IMG/VR virus record: IMGVR_UViG_3300045119_000157
Coordinates: 1 to 64,000 of that record
Reading direction: 5' to 3' (one strand)
Source: a virus
Length of the DNA: 64,000 nt
Shown: positions 8,707 to 17,701 of the stretch, piece by piece
Position numbering within the stretch: position 1 is the stretch's first letter
Layout of the letters: each line of letters opens with the position of its first letter
Notes under the pieces: model-generated
The model's database searches: none
Seen by the model: only the letters and a program-made list of their open reading frames with translations
Told to the model about the DNA's origin: nothing
Made by a program: the position numbers and the translations under genes

Positions 8707-8874
8707 ATGGAGACACCGATGAGTGACTACGACGAGGACCTGACCGACGAGGAGTGCATGGCCCGCTGGACCGCGGACCGGCGTTGCACGATGAATGGCG
8801 GCTGGGGTCGGCACATCATGGACCCGGCCGTGCGGATCGGACCGTGCCACTGCTTCGATGATGCGGGCGCATGA
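8707..8874 (+). CDS. hypothetical protein (METPM start)
   Basis: Follows the class I promoter. Confidence 0.55.
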   Translation: METPMSDYDEDLTDEECMARWTADRRCTMNGGWGRHIMDPAVRIGPCHCFDDAGA

Positions 8875-9167
8875 ACACCACCCGTCCTGCACCGAAGAAC
8901 GATGGTCGCTGGCACGGTGTTCAGCCCGTGGAAGCCCGCGAGGCTGGCCTGCGGTGGACGGGACATCTACCGGGCGACTTGAACACGGTGCATGTGTCCC
9001 GGCGCGGCTGGCGCGGAAGGTGGGCGCGATTCAATGCTGACGCCCGCGGCGGACGCGGCGGCTGGGAGTACGAGACCTGCGTGGACTTGCATCGCAAGCG
9101 GAGCGCGGCGATCACCTGCGGTGAGAAGTTGGCGCGCCGCTGGAACGCGAAAGAGTGTCTGAAGTGA
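8871..9167 (+). CDS. hypothetical protein
   Basis: ATGA-coupled ORF. Confidence 0.5.
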   Translation: MNTTRPAPKNDGRWHGVQPVEAREAGLRWTGHLPGDLNTVHVSRRGWRGRWARFNADARGGRGGWEYETCVDLHRKRSAAITCGEKLARRWNAKECLK

Positions 9168-10078
9168 GCCTCACCGACGAGGCTCTCGACGTGCAGGTCG
9201 AGCTTCTCCGCTGGTTCCACTCGGAACCCGGTGTGCGGTACGCGCAAGCGGAGTGCGACCTCCTGACCGGCGGAACGTTCGAGGCGTACCGCGACGGCCG
9301 AGGTAACCCTGTCGGCGGCGGCGAGTTCTTCCGGGCGATCCTCCGGCAAGGCGCTGCCTACGCGGTGTCCAGCGACGTGGTCGCGGTGATCGACGCGGCC
9401 CGCGAGACGGTCCCGCCGTTCCCGCTGCACGCTACGGACCTCCCGACCGAGGACGGGTTCGTGTGGTTCGAGCAGGCGATCGTGATGTGCGACGACACGC
9501 CGGACGCGAAGCCGATCGTGACGCACGGCTTGTCGTGGTTCACGATCCGGGACATGCACGGCGAGAGCGGACTGGTGATGCTCGGGTGGACGAACCCGAC
9601 CGATCCCCGCGACCACGCCGCGCAGTCATGGACCGGCGACGATGTTCTGACCGCCGCGGGGATCCGGCCTCCCCGCGGGATATGGGCGATGATCATCGGG
9701 ATCTGGCATTTCGATGAGGAGCCGCAGCCGTCGCAGGCGTTCCGGCTGCTGTCCACGTTCCTCCGGTTCATCAACGAACCGTGGCTCTCGGATGAGACAG
9801 AACGCCCGTCCCGTGCGACGGGGCGGAGAGCGGCCAGGGAGCAGCTAGACAGCCCGGTGCGGGTGATCCGCCTGCGGCGTAGCGGGAACCACTCGGAGGG
9901 CGGCACAGGCGATTCCAGCGTGGAATGGTCGCACCGCTGGATGGTGACCGGCCACTGGCGGAACCAGTGGTACGCGACGACCGGGCAGCACCGCCCGAAG
10001 TGGATCCCCGCTCACGTCAAGGGACCGGCAGATAAGCCGCTCGTCGTGAAGGAGACAGTGTTCCGGGTGGACCGTTAG
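9164..10078 (+). CDS. conserved phage hypothetical protein
   Basis: C-terminal WSHRWMVTGHWRNQWY...WIPAHVKGP motif seen in actinophage proteins. Confidence 0.7.
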   Translation: MSLTDEALDVQVELLRWFHSEPGVRYAQAECDLLTGGTFEAYRDGRGNPVGGGEFFRAILRQGAAYAVSSDVVAVIDAARETVPPFPLHATDLPTEDGFVWFEQAIVMCDDTPDAKPIVTHGLSWFTIRDMHGESGLVMLGWTNPTDPRDHAAQSWTGDDVLTAAGIRPPRGIWAMIIGIWHFDEEPQPSQAFRLLSTFLRFINEPWLSDETERPSRATGRRAAREQLDSPVRVIRLRRSGNHSEGGTGDSSVEWSHRWMVTGHWRNQWYATTGQHRPKWIPAHVKGPADKPLVVKETVFRVDR

Positions 10079-10797
10079 ATCCTGCGCCGGGAGATCACGT
10101 ACAGGAGCAGCCCGAGCGCGAACACCGCGAGGCCGAGTCCGATCAGCGGCGCGACGTCGAGGCCAGTCCGAGCGAGCGGGACGGTCGTGACAGTCGGGGG
10201 CGTGGTGGGCGGCTGAGTGCCGATCGTGGTCGCCGCGAGCGTGGTGCTCGTGGTCGTGCTGCCCGGCTGCGTGGTCGTCGTCGGCGCGCTGGTCGTCGTG
10301 TCCGGCTGAGTGGTGGTCGTGTCACAGGCGGGCGGCACGCACTGCGGGTTCGTGACCGGCACCGTCGTCGTCCCCTCCGTCGTCGAGGTAGTCGCCTCCG
10401 TGGTCGACGGCGCGGTCGACGTCGTCGCTTCGCTCGTCGTCGTCGGCTGTGTGGTCGACGTGGTCGCCTCGGTCGTGGACGGCGAGGTCGTGGACGGCTG
10501 CGTCGTCTCCGTCGTCGCCTCCGTGGTCGAGGTCACCTCAGACGTCGTACTGGCCTCTGTGGTGCTCGTAGGCGCGCTCGTCGTCGTTGACGGCTGCGTA
10601 GTGCCTGTCGTGCCTGTCGTGGACGTGGACGGCTGTGTCGTGGACGGGTACGTCGTCGTCGAATGGTGATACGTCGTGGTCGTCGTGCCGTACACGCCGC
10701 GGCACCACGCGAACGCAGGCCCGGCACCGCCGATGAGGATCACGGCCGCGACCGCGAACGCTGCGAGTACGAGGAGGCTCCGACGGCGTTCTGTCAT
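10075..10797 (-). CDS. Thr/Ser-rich (mucin-like) secreted protein with LAXTG sortase sorting signal
   Basis: N-terminal signal peptide (..GAGPAFA), T-rich body, then LARTG, a hydrophobic helix and RRR. Only convincing minus-strand gene. Confidence 0.8.
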   Translation of the reverse strand: MTERRRSLLVLAAFAVAAVILIGGAGPAFAWCRGVYGTTTTTYHHSTTTYPSTTQPSTSTTGTTGTTQPSTTTSAPTSTTEASTTSEVTSTTEATTETTQPSTTSPSTTEATTSTTQPTTTSEATTSTAPSTTEATTSTTEGTTTVPVTNPQCVPPACDTTTTQPDTTTSAPTTTTQPGSTTTSTTLAATTIGTQPPTTPPTVTTVPLARTGLDVAPLIGLGLAVFALGLLLYVISRRRI

Positions 10798-10861
10798 GCC
10801 GCCACGGTACTCCCGCCGGGTAGCCGCCTAAACTTTCCGCGTAATCCCTGGTCAAAGGGGC

Positions 10862-10896
10862 TGGACAGGATCGTGCACCGGGTGTACGTTGTTGTT
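10862..10896 (+). promoter_or_regulatory. class I promoter/operator copy 6 (no ATG at +1)
   Basis: TGGACA-N17-TACGTT; GTGCACCGGGTGTAC. Confidence 0.8.
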
Positions 10897-10897
10897 T

Positions 10898-11250
10898 GTA
10901 AGCGCATAGCAGCCACCGGGTGCGGGTCGCAGTGACGTCCGCAGCAGCCCCGGAGGCAGCGAACAAGGACTTCGGACCCGTGAGGTGCCCTCGCGAGTAC
11001 GCCAGTGAAACGCCCTACGGCGAGATAGCTCCGGTCAGGAACATCGACCGGATGAGCCTCGACTCATGAAGGTGGTGGAGGCCGAAAGGTAAGGGGAGCG
11101 AAGCGGGAGAACGTCCGAAAGTGTGTACGCGGCGAGAACCGGGGAGTGGCCACGATCCGGGGGAGGAAGCGGAAAGCGAGTACGGCGGCCGGACTAGGCG
11201 ACGGCGCCAGCAGCGGGTAGCTCCCGAGGCTGGCGCCTCGCCGCGTTTAC
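10898..11250 (+). ncRNA. candidate large structured ncRNA (~350 nt), family unknown
   Basis: Starts at the predicted TSS; 5' GTAAGCGC pairs with 3' GCGTTTAC; several nested helices; no plausible CDS. Confidence 0.7.
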
Positions 11251-11268
11251 GGGTCATACACACCGTCG

Positions 11269-11292
11269 GGGTAGTGGGCTACCCTGTCGGTC
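11269..11292 (+). promoter_or_regulatory. class II element GGGTAG-TGGG-CTACCCT-N7-ATG
   Basis: Palindrome overlapping a TACCCT -10-like hexamer. Confidence 0.65.
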
Positions 11293-11592
11293 ATGCGACA
11301 GATCCTCAGCAAAGGCGTCGTCGACTCTCCCGGCTTTCTCCACTCGAACGTCACCGTCGAAGTCATCAGCGACGACGACGTCAACATGGAAGCCACGGTC
11401 AGGTCGAAGCAGGGCGTCATCCTCGAAATACTGAACGGCCCGTGGACCCGCGAGGGCGACGCGTTCGTGATCCAGACTGACGCCGGGCAGGCTGTGATCA
11501 GCGTGCAGGTCGGCGGCTGCGGCTGCGGCGGGTCACTGTCGACACCGAAAGCGATGGACGGCGCGGCACCCGGCCAGGGCTACCTTCCGTGA
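11293..11592 (+). CDS. hypothetical protein (GCGCGG motif)
   Basis: ORF after the class II element. Confidence 0.6.
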   Translation: MRQILSKGVVDSPGFLHSNVTVEVISDDDVNMEATVRSKQGVILEILNGPWTREGDAFVIQTDAGQAVISVQVGGCGCGGSLSTPKAMDGAAPGQGYLP

Positions 11593-11882
11593 CCGACAAC
11601 GGCGACGTCCCCGACCTCGGCGCTATCCGTCGTGCCCGCCAGGACGCCGGACTGTCCGCGGACCCGCCGATGCAGCCGCTGTCCGCGCTCATGGGCGCAG
11701 CGTTCAACCCGGCACCGTTCACGTACCGCGTCGTGAAAGGCGCGACGGCGGTGTCGCCGTGCGTGTACCTGATCGTCGAGACAGCGGTCGGCCGGTTCGC
11801 GGTCGCGATGGACCGCGATGAGGCGGTAAAGATGGGCGGACTGCTGATCGAGGAGGCGTCCGGCCTCGTGGTGCAGCCGTGA
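11589..11882 (+). CDS. hypothetical protein
   Basis: GTGA-coupled. Confidence 0.6.
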   Translation: MTDNGDVPDLGAIRRARQDAGLSADPPMQPLSALMGAAFNPAPFTYRVVKGATAVSPCVYLIVETAVGRFAVAMDRDEAVKMGGLLIEEASGLVVQP

Positions 11883-12322
11883 GCACGTACACGGCGGTCA
11901 TGGTGACAACCCCGATGACCGTGGATCCCACAGTGGCCGGGCAGTTGGACACGTTCGATGAGGTGTGGGCGTGCCAGGTGGTGACACCGTCGGGGACGTG
12001 GAAGTTCACGCTCGACGGCGCGGTCATCCCGCCACGCGATGACAGCGACGTCACGGATCTCGTCAACCTGCTCACGCCCGTGACTCCCGCGCCGAGGTAC
12101 GAGTACCAGTGGTGCAACGTCGCGGCGATGAGTCTCATGGAGGAAGGCGCTTCGGGCTGGCGTGTCGTGCCCGGCATCTACCGCAGTGGGGACTACGTCG
12201 ACACGGTCCTGATGGAACGCGTTGTCGCACCGGAGCCGTACGTCGCGCCGGGCGTAGCACCGCCGCTCACGGCCGCTGACCTTCGCGAGGAAGCCGCCCG
12301 AAAGAACAAGTGGCAGCCATGA
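11879..12322 (+). CDS. hypothetical protein
   Basis: GTGA-coupled. Confidence 0.6.
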   Translation: MSTYTAVMVTTPMTVDPTVAGQLDTFDEVWACQVVTPSGTWKFTLDGAVIPPRDDSDVTDLVNLLTPVTPAPRYEYQWCNVAAMSLMEEGASGWRVVPGIYRSGDYVDTVLMERVVAPEPYVAPGVAPPLTAADLREEAARKNKWQP

Positions 12323-13293
12323 GCGCCGTGACGTACATCGGGAACTTCAAGCCTCAGCACAGCACCGAGAACGAGATCCTCCGCGCGCTGAACGCTCTCG
12401 GCCATGACGTAACGATCGTGCAGGAGGACGACGAACTCGGCTGGCGGACACTCATCTCCCGAGTCCACAGCACCACGTCCCTGCCGGATGTGGTGCTGTG
12501 GACTCGTACTCGTTCCCTGTCCGACCAGATCGACGAACGGTTGCGCTGGGACACGCTCTACGCGTGCTCTGAACGGGGCATCCCGACGGTCGGCTACCAC
12601 TTGGACCGCTGGTGGGGCTTGGACCGCGAAGCCGAGATCGCGTCGGACCCGTTCTTCCGGGTGTCGCTGCTGTGCACCGCCGACGGCGGACACGACGAGC
12701 AGTGGAAGGACGCGGGGATCACGCACGCATGGTTCCCGCCCGCCATCAGTGAGTTCGAGGTCGGCTGCGGCACGCCGGTCGACGAGTACGCGTGCGACGT
12801 CGCGTTCGTCGGGTCATGGCAGGGCTACGGGCACGCCGAATGGTGGCCGCATCGGGAACGGATGCTCGACGCAGTGTCCGGCTGGTACGGTGACACGTTC
12901 CGCTGCTTCCCTGAGCCGGGCTGCCCGCGTGTCACGGGCATGGACCTCGCGGACCTGTACGCGTCAGCGAAGGTCGTCGTCGGAGATTCGTGTCTCGTGC
13001 CGGGCGTGGACGGCGTGCCGGTCGGGCGGTACTGGTCGGATCGTGTACCGGAGACACTCGGCCGCGGCGGTCTGCTCGTCCACCCGTGGGTCGAGGGGAT
13101 CTCGTCGATCCTGCCGACGTACTTCAACTATCCGCTCAGTGACATGGACGCGCTGCACGAACGGATCGAGATGGTTCTCGGTTGGACGGAGGATCAGCGA
13201 TCAGGCGTGCGGGCTGCGTGCGCGCAGCGGGTAGCGGAGCGGGACACGTACACGGTGAGGATGAAGCAACTGTGGAACCTCCTCGGCCTGTGA
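12319..13293 (+). CDS. glycosyltransferase (GT-B, CgeB-like)
   Basis: ALNALGHDV, DVAFVGS, LYASAKVVVGDS, YWSDRVPETLGRGG, HTY-like C-terminus. Confidence 0.8.
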   Translation: MSAVTYIGNFKPQHSTENEILRALNALGHDVTIVQEDDELGWRTLISRVHSTTSLPDVVLWTRTRSLSDQIDERLRWDTLYACSERGIPTVGYHLDRWWGLDREAEIASDPFFRVSLLCTADGGHDEQWKDAGITHAWFPPAISEFEVGCGTPVDEYACDVAFVGSWQGYGHAEWWPHRERMLDAVSGWYGDTFRCFPEPGCPRVTGMDLADLYASAKVVVGDSCLVPGVDGVPVGRYWSDRVPETLGRGGLLVHPWVEGISSILPTYFNYPLSDMDALHERIEMVLGWTEDQRSGVRAACAQRVAERDTYTVRMKQLWNLLGL

Positions 13294-13502
13294 AGCATGA
13301 GCGGCTGACGTGCAGGGACTGTGCGTACTTCTACGACCGGGCTGTCGCCGCCGGGCCGATGACGACAGCGGGTGAGTGCCGCCTGAACCCGCCGATCATC
13401 GACCGTTCGTCGTCGGTGTGGCCGGAAGTCGAGAGCAACGACTGGTGCGGCCAGCTTGTACTCACCCTTCGGAATCGCGAGGCGAGGCCAGGACCGCCGT
13501 GA
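13290..13502 (+). CDS. small Cys-rich protein
   Basis: CRDC...GECRLNPP...WPEV...DWCGQ, a phage motif. Confidence 0.6.
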   Translation: MKHERLTCRDCAYFYDRAVAAGPMTTAGECRLNPPIIDRSSSVWPEVESNDWCGQLVLTLRNREARPGPP

Positions 13503-14170
13503 CTGACCGGCCGATCCGCTACGTCGCGGACGCAGCGTCACCCGCAGCGCAACGCGAACGCGACTGGTGGGACACCCACACGTCCGACGAGTTCGTGTGG
13601 GGCGCAGACGGCGACGGTGTCGCGGCGTGCTGCGCGCTCATCGCCGCCGGGCTACACATCGAACCGGGACACGAAATATTCGACCTCGGCTGCGGACCGG
13701 GACGGCTGCTGGTACCGATGGGCCGCGCGTACCCGGAGGTCGCGTTCACCGGGTTCGACTCGTCGCAGGCGATGATCCACCGCGCATGGTCCGGCTGTTA
13801 CAGCCCGACCCGTAAAGCGGAACTCACCGACGGCCGCTCCATCCCCGCCGGAAACGAATCGTTCGACGGCGGCTGGTGCGTGCTCGTGTTCCAGCACATC
13901 GACACGCTGACGCAGTACGGGTACATCTCCGAGGTCGCGCGGGTGCTGAAGCCGGGCGGCAGGTTCGTAGTGCAGGTCGACGCGTCACCGACGCCGGAGC
14001 ACGGCGACGCGTTCCTGTCGCACACGACCGACGTGGACCGTCTCGCTGACTGGGGTGTCGGCGTCGGGCTGGACACGGTCGACGTGCTGACCGGCGAGAA
14101 AGCGTGGCAGCACGGCCAGCCGGGCGTGTTCGAGCAGTGGGCGTGGATCTACCTTCAGAAGGAGAACTAG
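13499..14170 (+). CDS. class I SAM-dependent methyltransferase
   Basis: DLGCGPG, GFDSSQAMI, RVLKPGG. Confidence 0.85.
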   Translation: MTDRPIRYVADAASPAAQRERDWWDTHTSDEFVWGADGDGVAACCALIAAGLHIEPGHEIFDLGCGPGRLLVPMGRAYPEVAFTGFDSSQAMIHRAWSGCYSPTRKAELTDGRSIPAGNESFDGGWCVLVFQHIDTLTQYGYISEVARVLKPGGRFVVQVDASPTPEHGDAFLSHTTDVDRLADWGVGVGLDTVDVLTGEKAWQHGQPGVFEQWAWIYLQKEN

Positions 14171-14172
14171 CG

Positions 14173-14733
14173 ATGACTGATGACCCGATCCCGATCGCAG
14201 AGATCCAGGCGACAGCCGGTCCTGTGCACGGCTGGCCTGCACCGCCGGTCGCGTACACGCCGTACGAGCCGCCGGTAGGCGAGATCCCGCCGATCTCGAA
14301 ACCGCCGAAGCCGAACTGGTCGGTCGTCTCGCTCGTCGTCCTGTCGGTCGCTCTCGTCGCGGCGTTCGCCGTCATAGCCGTCGAGCACGGCAACACGGCA
14401 ACGCAACACGACCACGCCGTCTCGCTCTCATCGTCGCTCTCCGATACACAGTCGAGCCTCTCAGCGACGTCCGATGATCTGACGTCCACGAAGCATGACC
14501 TCACCGGGGCGCTCGCTCAGGCCGACGCCGCGCAGCGGAACTCGACGCAGGCGCACGCAGCGGGACAGCTACTCGACCAGTGCGTGCAGGACGTCGGCGT
14601 GTTCCTTCAGGACATCTCCGTCGAACTGTCGACGTACACGGAGGATCCGGCGGTGACGGCGGAGAGCACGCGTGTCGGGAACGAATGCTCGGAGGCGCGG
14701 CAGGCGTTCGCGTCGCTCGGATACGGCTCGTGA
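14173..14733 (+). CDS. single-pass membrane protein with coiled-coil
   Basis: Pro-rich N-terminus, hydrophobic helix, heptad-rich tail; AAGGAG RBS. Confidence 0.65.
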   Translation: MTDDPIPIAEIQATAGPVHGWPAPPVAYTPYEPPVGEIPPISKPPKPNWSVVSLVVLSVALVAAFAVIAVEHGNTATQHDHAVSLSSSLSDTQSSLSATSDDLTSTKHDLTGALAQADAAQRNSTQAHAAGQLLDQCVQDVGVFLQDISVELSTYTEDPAVTAESTRVGNECSEARQAFASLGYGS

Positions 14734-15281
14734 GCGAACGGATCATCAAGTCGAGCGACGGGACACTGTGCCTACTCCACGACCAGATCATCGGGTTCCG
14801 CCTCGACATGTTGCCCGGCACGTTCCGGATCATGGCGGTCACGAACGGCGGCGCGGACGTGTACGTCGAGCACTTCAACCCGGTGCATGTGACGCCTTAC
14901 GATCCGGCGGGGACGAAGCCGCTGCCGCGTTCGCCCGAGGAAATATGGGCGCAGCGGGAAGCGGAGACGACGCTGGCACGCGAACTCGCCGAAGGGCGGC
15001 TCCGCGAACTGACGGACATGCTCGCTGCTGTGCCGGACCCGGAGCCGATGCTGATCCGTGGTAGCCAGGCCGCGCATCTCGCGTCGAAGGCCGTCGGCTA
15101 CGAGTACCACTTCCGTGATGTCGACTCGATCATCGTGGACGCCGTGTTCGAGTCCGGCTACAAGATGGAAGTCGCGCGCATCGACCACATCCCGCCTGGC
15201 ATGGACGATCCCGCTGCGACCGCTGCTGCTGCTGCTGCCATCTTCGAGGCGGCGTACGTCGAGAGGATCAGAGAGCCGTGA
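14730..15281 (+). CDS. hypothetical protein
   Basis: GTGA-coupled. Confidence 0.55.
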   Translation: MSERIIKSSDGTLCLLHDQIIGFRLDMLPGTFRIMAVTNGGADVYVEHFNPVHVTPYDPAGTKPLPRSPEEIWAQREAETTLARELAEGRLRELTDMLAAVPDPEPMLIRGSQAAHLASKAVGYEYHFRDVDSIIVDAVFESGYKMEVARIDHIPPGMDDPAATAAAAAAIFEAAYVERIREP

Positions 15282-16114
15282 CTGAGATGCTGCCCACAAC
15301 GATCAACGATCGGTGGACGCTGCTGCTACCAGAGCACCGTCACGCGCGAACCGAATGGCCAGTGTGGGAGAAGGAACGGCTCGCCGCTATGCACGACGTG
15401 ATCGCTCCGCAGACGATGCGTGAGCAGTTGTACAGGTTCTGTTACGACGCTGAAGGGCCGGTCGTGGATCCGCCGGAACTGCCGCGGCATGTCGTGTTCG
15501 ACATCGGTGCCGAGGAGGGCGACTTCCCGGCACTATGGGCGTCATGGGGCGCTGACGTCGTGATGGTCGAACCGAACCCGAAGGTGTGGCCGAACATTCG
15601 TGCCATCTTTGACGCGAACGGTCTACGGGACCGGGTGCGCGGCTGCCATGTCGGGTTCGCTGGCGACGAGTGGCGTGCGGGTAGCTGGAATCCGCAGCCG
15701 GGCGGGAACGACGACCGGCCCGACGACGTGTGCGGTGACTGCGGGTGGCCGCGCTGCGCTCACGGCCCGGTGATCGGCGATCACGGGTTCCTCGTGCTAC
15801 CGGAACGGCCGGAGGTGCCAGTCACCACGATCGACACGCTGGCAGCGGACTACGGCGACCCGACGGTCATCACCATCGACGTCGAGGGCGCCGAACTGAC
15901 GGTCCTCCGCGGCGCGCATGTGACGCTGAAGGAGGCACGGCCAGTCGTGTTCGTGTCCATCCACTTGGATTTGCCGTGGATCGACGAGAAGTACCCCGGC
16001 GACACGGAGGAACGGGTGTACGCGTACATGAACGGTCTCGGGTATGTCGGCACGGAGTTGGCGGTCGACCATGAGAAGCACGTTGAGTTCCGTCACGTCA
16101 CGGTCGGCCAGTGA
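15278..16114 (+). CDS. FkbM-family methyltransferase
   Basis: VFDIGAEEG, VEPNP, TTIDTL, IDVEGAELTVLRG. Confidence 0.85.
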   Translation: MTEMLPTTINDRWTLLLPEHRHARTEWPVWEKERLAAMHDVIAPQTMREQLYRFCYDAEGPVVDPPELPRHVVFDIGAEEGDFPALWASWGADVVMVEPNPKVWPNIRAIFDANGLRDRVRGCHVGFAGDEWRAGSWNPQPGGNDDRPDDVCGDCGWPRCAHGPVIGDHGFLVLPERPEVPVTTIDTLAADYGDPTVITIDVEGAELTVLRGAHVTLKEARPVVFVSIHLDLPWIDEKYPGDTEERVYAYMNGLGYVGTELAVDHEKHVEFRHVTVGQ

Positions 16115-16233
16115 TCCTGCTGCTGCTGTTCGGGGTCGGCGTGTGGATGATGGTCCACAACGGCCGCAAGATGCGACGGCAGCGCCACAAGCGGTGACCG
16201 CCATCCACGCCTGACCGACGCGGCAATGCCACG

Positions 16234-16440
16234 ATGCGGACCGTGGACGAGGACGAAGCAGCAGCGCGGGACTACTTCGACCGGGACAACGTGTCACCGC
16301 TCAGACCCCGCTCGCTGCACCCGGCAGGCACGGCTCGACGTGAACCGTCACCGTCGCCCGTCTCGTACGCAGTGTTCTTCGCCGGATGCGTCGCGGCGGG
16401 CGTCGTCGGCGCTGTCGTCGTGCACCGGATCATGCGGTGA
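16234..16440 (+). CDS. small membrane protein
   Basis: C-terminal hydrophobic helix. Confidence 0.45.
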   Translation: MRTVDEDEAAARDYFDRDNVSPLRPRSLHPAGTARREPSPSPVSYAVFFAGCVAAGVVGAVVVHRIMR

Positions 16441-17108
16441 AGTTCGTCGCGATCCTCCCGTCGATCTACGAGCCGTGGACGGACGTGTGCATCGCGAGCA
16501 TGGGCCGCCCGTTCCGCGACAACCTCGAAGTGTGGGACAACACCGGACACAACCGCGGCGTCGCGGTCGCGTGGAACCACGGTGTGACGATCATGCGGGC
16601 ACGGGAAGCGGACTGGCTGGTGATCGTGTCAGCAGGAATGCGGTTCGGTCTCCCCGGCGGCACGGACTTCCTCGTCCACCTGTCGGAGGCGGGGAAGGGG
16701 ACGTGGGCGGCGGAGGCAGGGTTGCAGCCGCACCGGCCCGGCCACGGCTTCGGGTGGCATCTGATCGGGATCCGGTCCACGACGTTCGACCGGGTCGGCG
16801 TGTTCGACGAGAACTTCTTCGCGTACTACGAGGACAACGACTTCGGGCATCGGGTGCGGTGCGCGACACCGGAGTGGGAGCCTGGCCCGGATCCGTTGTG
16901 GCCGAAGGTCGACCCGGTCGACGCGACGCTGGCGGGGTACGCGCACGGGATCCGGCTCGGCGGCGCAGTGTCGGACCCGAACATCGGCGCCGGTTACTAC
17001 AGGCGAAAGTGGGGTGGACCTCCGTCGTGTGAGGAGTACATGACTCCGTTCGGCGGATCGCACGGGTTGGACTGGTGGCCGGACCCGTACCGGCAGCCCG
17101 CCCGCTAA
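16437..17108 (+). CDS. GT2-like glycosyltransferase
   Basis: DNTGHNRGVAVAWNHG; VGVFDENFFAYYEDND; YYRRKWGG. Confidence 0.8.
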   Translation: MKFVAILPSIYEPWTDVCIASMGRPFRDNLEVWDNTGHNRGVAVAWNHGVTIMRAREADWLVIVSAGMRFGLPGGTDFLVHLSEAGKGTWAAEAGLQPHRPGHGFGWHLIGIRSTTFDRVGVFDENFFAYYEDNDFGHRVRCATPEWEPGPDPLWPKVDPVDATLAGYAHGIRLGGAVSDPNIGAGYYRRKWGGPPSCEEYMTPFGGSHGLDWWPDPYRQPAR

Positions 17109-17126
17109 CAAATCCGGGGTTCCCTC

Positions 17127-17161
17127 TGGACAGAGGCGTACACCGGGTGTACGTTGAGTAC
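17127..17161 (+). promoter_or_regulatory. class I promoter/operator copy 7
   Basis: TGGACA-N17-TACGTT-N6-ATG. Confidence 0.8.
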
Positions 17162-17428
17162 ATGGAAAAGCCGATGAGCACGCAAGCGATCGACGGGAAG
17201 ACCCTCACGCCGATCACCGCTGACAGCCTCCGCCCGCTGGTGGGCCAGAAGGTCACCCTGCTGATCGACGGTGAGATCACGGTGCGGACGATCACGGTGG
17301 ACTCGACGCCGGACTCGCTCGGCTACCCGATGGAGCAGTTCCTCGGGCTGGCGATCAGCCGGTCACGGCTCCTGGCGACCTCGACGGCGAAGCGGGACTT
17401 CAGCCTCGGCGGAGCGATCGTCGGATGA
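17162..17428 (+). CDS. hypothetical protein (MEKPM start)
   Basis: Follows the class I promoter. Confidence 0.6.
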   Translation: MEKPMSTQAIDGKTLTPITADSLRPLVGQKVTLLIDGEITVRTITVDSTPDSLGYPMEQFLGLAISRSRLLATSTAKRDFSLGGAIVG

Positions 17429-17658
17429 GTGCGAACGAGCCGATCGACGCTGTGCTGGACGCCGTCGCTGAGGCGCTGTCCGATCAGCCTGCCAGCCCGT
17501 CACGGATCGCCCGGAAGGCATCCACAGCGGACGCGAAGATCTCGACGACCGACGCTCACGCCGCGCTCCGCTGGCTCGTCGAGCACCAGATGGCCGTCGC
17601 CGTCGGTAACGGCGCGTGGGCCAACTACCGGGAGCGCCGCTTCGGTGAGCGCACCTGA
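17425..17658 (+). CDS. possible winged-HTH protein
   Basis: SPSRIARKA...AHAALRWLVEHQMAVAVG. Confidence 0.45.
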   Translation: MSANEPIDAVLDAVAEALSDQPASPSRIARKASTADAKISTTDAHAALRWLVEHQMAVAVGNGAWANYRERRFGERT

Positions 17659-17666
17659 GATTCCCC

Positions 17667-17701
17667 TGGACAGACCCGTACACCGGGTGTATGTTGTGGA
17701 T
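17667..17701 (+). promoter_or_regulatory. class I promoter/operator copy 8
   Basis: TGGACA-N17-TATGTT-N6-ATG. Confidence 0.8.

Noticed and set aside
10310-10669. Val-rich + strand ORF
   Set aside because: Simply the reverse complement of the Thr-rich LAXTG gene.
10898-11250. tmRNA, RNase P RNA, tRNA or group I/II intron identity for the structured region
   Set aside because: No tRNA-like acceptor/CCA end or tag ORF, no GAGGAAAGUCC, no interrupted gene and no recognisable intron core.
11015-11480. ORFs 11121-11480(+) and 11015-11263(-)
   Set aside because: Arg/Pro-rich shadow translations without RBS; the first overlaps the better gene at 11293.
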